This document shows, one piece after another, positions 55,252 to 64,000 of a stretch of 64,000 nt of DNA. How positions within the stretch are numbered: position 1 is the first letter of the stretch; each line of letters opens with the position of its first letter. The notes beneath the pieces are model-generated. The model saw only the letters and a list, made by a program, of their open reading frames with translations. It ran no database searches and was not told where the DNA came from. Source of the DNA: Eledone cirrhosa (taxonomy: Eukaryota); assembly GCA_964016885.1 (NCBI GenBank), contig OZ024742.1, positions 10,912,001-10,976,000 of the forward strand, written 5' to 3'. A program made the position numbers and the translations under genes.

Positions 55252-55778
55252 ATCATCATCACCGTCATCATCACCGTTTTACATCCGTTCTTCCACGCTA
55301 GCATGGGTTAGACGGGTTGTCCTGTTGTGTGCAGTGTCTGGTCGGCTGACCATGCCTTGCTCATACAGGAACTGATCTGGCTTGATTTCTACAGCTGGAT
55401 GCCCTTCCTAACACCAACCTCATTTACAGTGAGTGCTGGGTGCTTTTTCGTGGCGCCTACACGTCCACTTTACAGTGTGGGCTGGGTGCTTTTTTGCCGT
55501 GGCACCTCCACGACAGCCTTGCGGTGCGGGGTGTGGGGGCATATTGTTTATATGCTTCAGCTTGTACCCATTGGAGGTCGGGTACTCTGTATTACTGCGT
55601 GACGCCAGAAGTCACGGTCGTGTGTCATTGTCTTTGAGAGGTGTAATTGGGTAAGGTCGGCTTTTATCACCTCATCCCAGGTCATCTTGGGTCTCCCCAC
55701 TCCGCGGTTTCCATCAACTTCTAGTGCTCTGCACCTTTTTATGCAGCTGTCATCCTTCATACGCATCACATGTCCATA
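55252..55778 (-). mobile_element. 5'-truncated RTE-clade LINE (C-terminal ORF end + 3' UTR + (GAT)n-like tail)
   Basis: The minus strand encodes GHVMRM...EVDGNRGVGRPKMTWDEVIKADL...DRDFWR, typical of RTE/BovB ORF C-termini. The tail appears as (CAT)n/CATCAC at 55252-55275 on the plus strand. The element sits in a (TA)n tract that is uninterrupted in the paralogous Helitron end at ~56548. Confidence 0.85.
55557..55778 (-). pseudogene. RTE LINE reverse-transcriptase ORF C-terminal fragment
   Basis: ORF track 55557..55769 (-), extended upstream by G-H codons. GRP-x-x-TW and DR-x-x-WR motifs are present; the RT core is missing. Confidence 0.8.
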
Positions 55779-55822
55779 TATATATATATATATATATGTA
55801 TATATGCATGTGTTTGTGTGTA

Positions 55823-55849
<27 letters not shown>

Positions 55850-55853
<4 letters not shown>

Positions 55854-56034
55854 ATATATTAATAAATGGAAACTATATTTATAAAACCATATTTATTTTA
55901 TTATATATATTTCAAGGGCAACCAAGGCAAATTATGGTGCTCTTTCATCAGATAAAATACAGATTTGTTTTATAAATAAATATTGACATACCCGGAAAAA
56001 AGACAACCTTAACGGTTGGAGCTTCCTGGATAGT
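55850..56034. repeat. ~185-bp dispersed repeat, copy A
   Basis: TACAATATATTAATAAATGGAAACTATATTTATAAAACCATATTTATTT...GGATAGT aligns by eye with 62518-62706 in the same orientation. Confidence 0.85.
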
Positions 56035-56121
56035 CAATAGATGTTGTGTATATATATATGTGTGTGTGGGTGTCTGGTCTATATACACTGGTCATAGACA
56101 CACAAACACACATATATACAT

Positions 56122-56152
<31 letters not shown>

Positions 56153-56443
56153 CACAACATCATCAGCTCTCTCTTCCATTCTCCTCTCCCTCTCTCTCTG
56201 TCTCTTTCAATCTACTCTCTCACAACCACTATCTCTTTCTCTCTATTCTTCTCTCTCTTTATGAAGGTACCCAGAAAACCCCTTATCTCGGGAACCTGTG
56301 CTTCGATTTATATGGAACTTGTTTTATTCCATTTGTATTCCCATTTCATGGGGAACTTCCTTTCAAAGTATTTTCCCATTATGCACCCTTTTGGCTGTAT
56401 TACATTACAGACAAGCAAGCAATCACAGACTTTTAGTAGTATA

Positions 56444-56472
56444 CTAGACCACCCGTGACCCGTTGGGTCATG
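56444..56472 (-). other. Helitron 3' terminal signal (hairpin + CTAG), copy 2
   Basis: Plus strand A|CTAGACCACCCGTGACCCGTTGGGTCATG, about 0.8 kb downstream of the transposase stop codon. Confidence 0.88.
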
Positions 56473-57256
56473 TTCACTTAAAAATAATTTTTAAATAATT
56501 AAAATATACACAAAATATATATAATGTAAAATGACATTGGAAAGCCAATATATATATATACGTGTATGTGTATGTGTATGTGTATATGTACGTGTATATA
56601 TATATATATATATATGTTTGTGTGTGGGGTGTATGTGGCCTATATACACTGATTACAGACACACACACACACACATACATCCTGTCCTAACACAAGTTAT
56701 AACTTAATATAACTTAATATTCAGTCACCAAATTCAAGCTCGATACAGTAATCCTGTATTCAATTCTTTGAAGTCACCTGTCATAATTTCATTCAACAGC
56801 ACCACCAGCTCTCTCCCTCTCTCTCTCACAACCACTATCTGCGTCTGTATTCACATTTCAATGGTACCTTACTTTCAAAGAATTTTCCCATTATGCGCTG
56901 ATTTGGTTATTTATAAGGGTACCCGAAAAAACCTGCGTATCTCGGGAAGCCGTGGTCCGATTTACGCGAAACTTGTCTTTTCACTGTATTATTCACAAGT
57001 ATTTTCACAAAGAAAATATCAAATCATTTTTCACTAATAGCTATCCAATCACTCCCCTTCAACATTCTTTTTTCTATATCTCTATGGATGCTTGACTGTT
57101 TGTTCTGAAAGATTTTTCTGCTTAAAAAGTTGCAATGTTAATGAAAAACTGGTTTTATTTACAAAAATTCGAAAGAAATTATTCTTACTTGTCTTAGTTT
57201 TTCCTTTTCCTTTCATTTTCTGACGTCGGAATCAACAACTTCTCATATTTACGCTG

Positions 57257-57883
57257 TTACAGTTTGTTCAAAAGAATGCTTTTGATGACAACATTCCTAG
57301 TTGACTGGGTATAATTCAGAAACACTCTGACATTTTCTTTTCGTTTACCGCGCCTAAGGGCTACATATAGTTGACTGTGTTGGAATACAGGTCGTTCCAG
57401 ATAAACCAAGACGTTTTCCATAGTTTGTCCTTGTGATTTATGAATAGTCATAGCGAAGCACGATTGAACTGGGAATTGGCTTCGCTGCAAAGTGATATCC
57501 TCACCTTCGGATAGATTAATTCTTATTCTAGGTATCATAACGATTTCATTTCTGAAAGCAGAAGTGTTGATTCTCGCTACTATGAGATTGTCGTGCAGTT
57601 CTTCCACGTTCATGCGCGTTCCATTACAAAGCCTTGGAGGATTCAAGTTTCTCATAAGAATTATTGGCGCTCCTTTTTTCAATTCCAGGTTATGTGGTGG
57701 CAGTCCTGATAGTTCAACCGAATCAAGGAATTCAGTCGGGAAATGAGTGGCATTGGCACCATCACTCACAGAATTATAGGATCGGTTCTCTTTTATGGTT
57801 CCAGGGAAGCGTCTGATACAGGTGGAATTGATGCTTCTCATCATTTCATTGAGAGGTACTAAGATGCAATTGTTCGAAAACAC
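57257..57883 (-). pseudogene. Helitron PIF1-like helicase, C-terminal segment
   Basis: GLPPHNLELKKGAPIILMRNL...LCNGTR, IPRI, QFPV..FAMTIHKSQGQT and QLYVAL (helicase motifs V-VI). Confidence 0.93.
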
Positions 57884-58075
57884 TTCAGCTTGATTGTCGA
57901 ATGAGGGTAGATGAAATCAATACATTCTTCCATAATTGTTGCTTGGAGAACCATTTCTTTTGGCAAAATAATTTCTTCATTTTCATTTTTTTTTATCTTA
58001 TCTTCGCCAATATCCAATAGGAACTGCTCCCTCACCCAATCGCATGTTTGTCTTCAACTGAAATCTTTTGAAGCT

Positions 58076-59305
58076 TCACCATAAGCAGGATTTTTTAATG
58101 CAGGCGTTTTCCACGTCCGCTTCATTTCCCCTTTTCAATACCGGAAGAAGCTGACGGAAATCGCCACAGCAAATTGTCAAAATTCCACCGAATGTCTCAT
58201 TGGTCAACAGCTTCGAAGCTTTCCCCCGAATCATAGGACACTCACCCCAAACAATCAGCTTTGTATGCTGGGAGAGGTTTGCCGTCTTTGAGTTTTTATC
58301 AATGTTGCACAGACCATTTTCTTTCACTACTATCGGTATTTTGAACCTAGAATGCGCTGTTCTTCCACCAGGCATCAGTGTTGTGGCAATGCCAGATGAC
58401 GCAACAGCAATAGCCACGTCACCGTTTCCCCTGACTTTTGAAAGAATTAAGTTAATCAGGAATGTCTTTCCTGTTCCACCTGGAGCGTCAATGAAAATCA
58501 ATGCAGATGTGTTTGTCTCTAAACTGTTACAAACGAAGTCGTACACGTGTTTTTGTTCATTATTCAGTAGAGGCTCCGTCTCTTCTACAAATCGTCGCTG
58601 CTCTTCTCTGCTGTTTTGCAATTCATGCAATAACTCCAAATTGCCAATATCCTGATTAGCAACAATATTATTTGGCCTTGGCAACTTAAAGTCACTAAGA
58701 CTTTTGCCCAGGTCGTTAAGTTTGTCTTCAAAATACAGAAGACATTGATCATAATGTCTTTCGCTAATCAAAAGGTTAGAGTTTCTGGTAGCCCTTTTTT
58801 CTATTTGAAGGTAATGCTCAGACAGCGAATGCTTAAATCGAACCCATAAATCACTGGAATTGTCAATTTCCGTATTTGTGAGGAGCACGATGAATAGATC
58901 TCTCATGGCTTTGGGAAGCCTTGTTCGCTCAGCATCTTCCAGAGTTTGCTGCCAATGATCATCCGATTGAAGCAAACCTTTCTCTCTGCAGACGTCTTTG
59001 AATAATGGCAGGAGTTCTCCATCACACATTTTCAAAGAGTTGAAGGATACTGGTCCTTTGACGGGATGCAGAAGGAGTCTTAAATAATACAGGTCACCAC
59101 TTCGTGGAGAAACAGTGTATACTCGTCCCAAAACGTTCGCCTCAAAAATCCCTGGATACTGCTCAACTGTTTCCCCCACCTTTCTCCTTTCCCATCTCTT
59201 ATTACTCCAAGTGTAAAACTTTGGGACATCGGCATAATACAATATTTTTGCAAACGGATCGCGATCGCAAAGATCCATGAACTCAGTCAGAGTCGTCTTA
59301 GCCAT
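58076..59305 (-). pseudogene. Helitron PIF1-like helicase, N-terminal segment
   Basis: YYLRLLL, Walker A DAPGGTGKT, ASSGIA, GGRTAHSRFKIP, degenerate Walker B IVWGECPM (normally DE), and FGG...GDFRQLLPV. Confidence 0.93.
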
Positions 59306-59313
59306 GTTATTGT

Positions 59314-61257
59314 TTACTTTAACAGCAGCATTGATCTGAAAGAAGATTTGATTTTCCTCAGGTAGATGAACTTGAAGGCCGGTTCTCTCTCATGAATTGG
59401 AAATCCAAGTACCAAGGCAACAGCTTCTGAAGGACCGATATATCTTCCTGTTAAATACTGTATTATCTCATCTTCCCTGTTAACTCCAAACATTGCCTGA
59501 TCACTGCCCGTCATGGTATATTTGATAACGTATTTGATCGATTTCAAGGAAGAGCACATCTCTACGTTTAGGTGGCAGTTGAACAGTTTTAATAGTTTCA
59601 TATTGTAGGGAACCACCCATTCCGAAGTTATATTTCGGCTTCCCCTTCCTTCTTGGTGCCCCTCAAATCCTCCCATTCCTGGAGACCGTCTTCTGTACAC
59701 AGGATAAGAGTCCTCTCCACACAATGTATATTCATTGAAAGGCTTAGGGTACCGCTTACTGCACGTTCCATCTTTCCAACACGGCGAATTGTTAGAGCAA
59801 TTCGGACTGTGGATCATGTGCTTCAGCACCAATTCATGACCCTCTGGATCTTTGTGTGGATCTGGTATTTCGGCTTGAACAAATTTATCGTATTCCTGCG
59901 GTCTGGGCTTGAAGGCTTCATTGAGCCATAGCAAACAGTGCACATGAGGAAGACCTCGCTTTTGACATTCGACTGTCAGCACGTAAGCAATGCACGTGCC
60001 AAATAGGCCATCTACTCCAGTAAGATACTTTCTTAACAGTTTCCGCTTCAGGTCAAATACTCTGGCAATTAAATCTGGCCTGTCATGTGGCTTCTGATTC
60101 AGGAATAGGTTTTGCCGGATTTCAGGCCAGTTTGGATTGCATGTCATTGTGATGAAGAACGAAGGATTGCCGTACTTCTGTATGTACATCATAGCATCCT
60201 GGCATCGCTCCATCATATATCTCGGTCCACCGACAAATGTGGAAGAGAGTATGATTCGTCTGCCAATATTGCGAAAATCGTCAACATCAATCAATGCGTC
60301 AGTAAGGCCCTTGTATGTTGTAGATCTCAATGATGTTTGTTTCATTCGGATATATTGCAGTCTATCTCCTTCAATCTTCGCAGCCATGTCAACCAAATAT
60401 TGCTGAAATAAACGACCGCCTGTGAGAAGTTGGTTGAATTCATTCTCATGGTTCATTATTCGATAGGCATAGTAGCGCATTGGCGTCAACTTCTTGTTGT
60501 TGCTCATTAACAGCTGATGATGCCATCCGTCATCGCCAAAAGGAAAAAATAGAACATACTGCAAACTGTCATAGGACCGATGAGACTCTGAGATTATTTG
60601 CAATTGTCCGCCTTTTTCTTTCGACACAATGTGCCGTGCCTTTGCTTGAAGTTCGGTGCTGTTTTGTATAATAACGGCAACTTCGTTTGCAGTTTGTGTA
60701 TTGAATCTTCTCTCATGTTCCATTGCTGGTTTCCTATCAGGATCAATAATAATCGAAGCTTCGGGAATATTTTTAATTTGTTCTTTTGCCATTCGAAATG
60801 AAGCAACGTAAGGGTTATATTGTCTGAGTATTATTTCCAATAATTCAACTATATCGAGCTGAATGCCATTATTATGGAGTATCCTGATCCTCAAATCAAC
60901 ACTATCCTGAGGATCCAAGAAGTAAATTTGAAGAAATTTGGGTTGTTCGTTGGGATTAGGGGTTAAGGAACCGATGTAATGGTGAATTTGACTATGAATA
61001 ACGATAGAAGGATTCCATCCACTCCTTGAGGAACGAACTTCTTCGGCCCCAAAAGATGTCATTTGGAACCGGCAGTTGTATTGTCTGAGGTTCTTCCTGA
61101 ACTCGTTTGCTCTAGGTTGATTAGTACTAAATAAACTGTGAAGTTCCTGGGGTAAAGGCTGCAGATTCCCCAACCTGACTTTTCCATTCATACAGCAAAA
61201 GTTAGCAGTTTCACCATGAAAAAGCATTACATGACAACAGACACAGATCTTATTCAT
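59314..61257 (-). pseudogene. Helitron Rep (HUH endonuclease) segment
   Basis: CxxC..CC motif (CVCCH...FCCMNG), Helitron-typical QIYF and GRLFQQYLVD, Rep motif I FFITMTCNPNW, motif II ECQKRGLPHVHCLLW (HUH) and motif III KYVIKY (Y2). Confidence 0.93.
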
Positions 61258-61287
61258 CTGTCCAACATCAGCAGAGAGGTCACGTCG

Positions 61288-61494
61288 TTGAACTGTCCTT
61301 GCTCTATCCCTAATGGTTTGTTGGCAAAGACGTTCAGTTCTTCGAGCGTCCGATTTATGATCTCTCCTTCTTCTGTCTCTTTCCCTCTGTTCCGCCAGAC
61401 GCGCAGCTCTCCGACCATCCGATTCATGATCTCTCCCGCTTCTGTCTCTTTCCCTCTGTTCCGCTAGACGCGCAGCCCTTGCTTTATCAGTCTC
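61288..61494 (-). repeat. 69-bp coding tandem repeat (3 x 23 aa, STPR-like)
   Basis: Translates to ETDKARAARLAEQRERDRSGRDH / ESDGRRAARLAEQRERDRRRRDH / KSDARRTERLCQQTIRDRART..; the 23-aa period and E-[ST]-x-x-x-R-x-x-R-L pattern match STPR repeats. Confidence 0.8.
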
Positions 61495-61654
61495 ATCGAT
61501 CCTTCTATTCGCATGCCTGTCCCGATCTTGTTGGCGTTGACCACTATCTTACTCACCTTCTTCGGCTCTCCTTAGCCGTGCTTTCTTTCCACTATCGATA
61601 GACCAACCAGATGTTTTCTTTCTTCCTCGTCGAGGCATTATTTAAGAATAGAAA

Positions 61655-62230
61655 ATCGTATTCACCTTAGAAAAAATTCCTATTACCTCAACAATTTTTT
61701 TTTTTTAAATCATCATTTAGAAATATTTCTAAATAATGAAAATATTGTCTGTTTAAACAACTCGTATTTTTCAAATCATATTCACTTAAAAAAAAAATAC
61801 TTATTAATAATTAAAATATTCTGTTTAAAGAAAGCTGAAATATATATACACAGTGTACAAATAATTTGTATTTTTTAAGTCATTTTCACTTAATAATATT
61901 TTTTAAATATGCCAAGAAATATTTTTTCCATCGTATTCACTTGAAAATAATTTTTAAAAAATGAAGATATTGTCTATGTAAATAAAGCTATTTGTGAAAT
62001 CAAATTCACTTTAAAATATTTCTAAATAATTGAAATATTCTTTTTAACAAAAGCAAAAATATAAACATCTACTGTTTAACACCAACTGGTATTTTTCAGT
62101 GATATTCACTTAATGCTTTTCTGATAATTAAAATATCGTCTGTTTAAAGAAAGCTCGAATATAAGATACTTGAAGTACAAACAACTTGTAGTTTTGAAAT
62201 CATATTCACTGAGAAATCACTGAAAAAATT
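61655..62230. repeat. Degenerate AT-rich tandem modules (ATATTCACTT-AAAATATTT-TAAATAAT-AAATAT) upstream of the transposase
   Basis: About 8 copies starting near 61657, 61709, 61776, 61880, 61930, 61998, 62101 and 62198. The same motif follows both 3' hairpins (55141-55208, 56471-56508). Confidence 0.7.
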
Positions 62231-62381
62231 TGTTTAAACAATTATTAAACTATGTTCATCATTCGAGAAATATTTTTATGTCGATTTACGTCAAACCTGT
62301 TTTATCCCCATTTCAGGGTTATATCACTTACAGGGCTATTTTTCCATTATGCACCGTTTTGGCTATTTAAGAAGGTATCCT

Positions 62382-62397
62382 ACACACACACACACAC

Positions 62398-62443
<46 letters not shown>
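62382..62443. repeat. (CA)n(TA)n compound microsatellite
   Basis: Read directly from the sequence. Confidence 0.9.
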
Positions 62444-62446
<3 letters not shown>

Positions 62447-62517
62447 GAAGTTAGGATACAACAAGCAAATACTTTTATAACTGATATAAAACACTCAACA
62501 AATTTTTGGAGTAAAAA

Positions 62518-62706
62518 TACAATATATTAACAAATGGAAACTATATTTATAAAACCATATTTATTTCATTATACATATTTCAAGGACACCAAAGCAAATT
62601 ATGGTGCGCTTTCATCAGATAAAATATAATATAGATCAGTTTTATAAACAGATATTGACATACCCTTAAAGAATGCAACCATGATGGTTGGAAGCTCCCG
62701 GATAGT
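62518..62706. repeat. ~185-bp dispersed repeat, copy B
   Basis: Homologous to 55850-56034. Confidence 0.85.
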
Positions 62707-63764
62707 GGGGTTACTAATTTTATGATTGGTTTATTATGCAAATTAGTGTCGGAAAGGTTTAAATCCCATACATTTAAATTAAGCCGTTGGAATAGGGAAG
62801 AAAAAAAAAGAAAAGGAAAAAGAAAGAACGAAAGAAAAATAAAAGAAAAGAAAGAGAAAGAGAGAAAACCCTAAGTGAGAGAGTGTTGTATTAACGTAAT
62901 TTTATGAGATGATGAAGCGAAAAGATAAATATATATTGGATGAATTACGCGAAGTAAATAAAGCGTGGATAAATAAATAAATAGTAATAACCGGAGAATT
63001 TTATCTAATGTTTAAATTTGATTAAATTATTGAGATCTATAAATTAAAAATTAAAAATTGAGATCTATATATTATTAAAAGAATATATAATTAAAAGAAT
63101 ATATATATATACACATATATATATATATATATATACACATACTATCAAAATATATGTTATTATTACATAACCTTACATACATTTATTATTAATCATCAAC
63201 CAACAATTAACTATTAAATTTTCCAATTAACAATAATACTTATAAGAAATAGCAAAATATATATTTAAAATAGGAATGTTCAGAGATTTTACCGAAGAAA
63301 AATCTCTTCTTAGTAATAGCAATACAGCGTGATGGAAAATTTATTGATTTATTTTTAATTTAGATACGTCTAAGGATTATATGCTATAAAAGTTAAGATG
63401 ATAAAAAAAGTTAAGATTATAAGAGAACCTTATATTATTTTATAGTAAGTTATAATTTTATAAATTTTATATATTTTATAAATCCACCTGTTATACAGTT
63501 GTGACTGTTAAAATATAAGTTTGTTTACTATAACGTCTTAATGTTTAAAGTTTTTCATAAGAATATATCTAAAGCATAAACCATAAGATACCTTTTATAT
63601 AAGTTCTTTCATAGAATGTATTCAAATCATACATTTCGATATATATATACACAGACATACATACATGCATACATACGCACATATAGACACATACATATAT
63701 ATATATAGATACACATATACATATATATATAAATAGAAAATACATAATATAAAATAAAATATGA

Positions 63765-63925
63765 GTTATAATTTAAAAAGGATTATAATTTTAAAAGGAA
63801 TTACAATTTGTAAAAAAGATATAATTATATAATTTTAAAAGGAATTATATTTTTAAGCAATGTAATCTTTAAGCAATATAATTCTAAAAATATGTAATTT
63901 TTAAGCAATATAATTTTAAAAATAT
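63765..63925. repeat. Degenerate AT-rich short-period repeat (TAATTTTAAAAGGA / TAATTTTTAAGCAA)
   Basis: Several 15-17-bp imperfect units in very AT-rich sequence. Confidence 0.55.
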
Positions 63926-64000
63926 ATATAAGAATATATAGAAAAAACATAGTATAAAATATGAATTATATTTTTTTATAATTTTTTATATCCATCAGAG

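Larger units (their letters stand above)
55114..56443 (-). mobile_element. Non-autonomous Helitron (derivative of the adjacent autonomous family), interrupted by an RTE LINE
   Basis: The minus-strand 3' end is hairpin TGACCC-AAC-GGGTCA + 8 nt + CTAG|T at 55114. Segments 55114-55250 and 56046-56330 are homologous to 56444-56550 and 56600-56990. The minus-strand start TATACTACTAAAAGTC at 56443 resembles a Helitron 5' end (TC...). Confidence 0.75.
57257..61638 (-). pseudogene. Helitron RepHel transposase pseudogene (STPR-like repeats, Cys-rich motif, HUH-Y2 Rep, PIF1-family SF1B helicase)
   Basis: ATG at 61638 (MPRRGRKK...) is in frame with ORF 61257 through one TAA (61551-61549). There is a frameshift near 59378 (HEREPA / LQVHLPEENQ), a TGA at 58078-58076, and two more frameshifts near 58030 and 57903 (LKTNMRL / FLLDIGE / FDNQAEVF). 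Confidence 0.93.
56444..62380 (-). mobile_element. Decayed autonomous Helitron (rolling-circle transposon); 5' boundary uncertain
   Basis: Contains the Rep-helicase pseudogene and a 3' hairpin+CTAG at 56444-56472. Sequence at 62280-62380 (TTTTTCCATTATGCACCGTTTTGGCT) is homologous to the 5' part of the non-autonomous copy (56371-56397). No clear TC 5' terminus was found. Confidence 0.88.

Noticed and set aside
54826-56680. Short plus- and minus-strand ORFs (62-132 aa), including YIYI/THTH-rich ones
   Set aside because: They are translations of microsatellites, SINE sequence or the antisense LINE UTR, with no recognisable domains. The exception is 55557-55769, kept as an RTE fragment.
57257-59305. 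Host PIF1 helicase gene
   Set aside because: It is fused to a HUH Rep domain, intronless, disrupted and flanked by a Helitron terminal hairpin/CTAG, so it is transposon-derived.
57492-61467. Plus-strand ORFs overlapping the Helitron transposase, and the 60594-60806 alternate-frame ORF
   Set aside because: They are antisense or off-frame shadows of the RepHel coding sequence.

Overview
Eukaryotic (animal) genomic DNA, most likely a cephalopod such as Octopus; this is inferred from the SINE/RTE repeat types and the (TA)n/(CA)n richness and was not confirmed by a search. Bases 1-~54477 are one very homogeneous 50-bp satellite (consensus CTACAGAGGAGTACTATCAGGTTGTAACAGGTTCTATTGGTATGACAGTG, about 1090 monomers) with multi-kb higher-order duplications. 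It contains several internal inversions (29, 79 and 479 bp) that all use the same two breakpoints in the monomer, and one of them forms a ~930-bp palindrome. The array ends abruptly and is followed by a decayed tRNA-derived CORE-like SINE and a head-to-tail Helitron pair on the minus strand. One Helitron is a ~1.3-kb non-autonomous copy carrying a 5'-truncated RTE LINE. The other is a decayed autonomous copy encoding an STPR-like repeat/Rep(HUH-Y2)/PIF1-helicase transposase pseudogene (61638->57257). No intact host gene, RNA gene or CRISPR array is supported.
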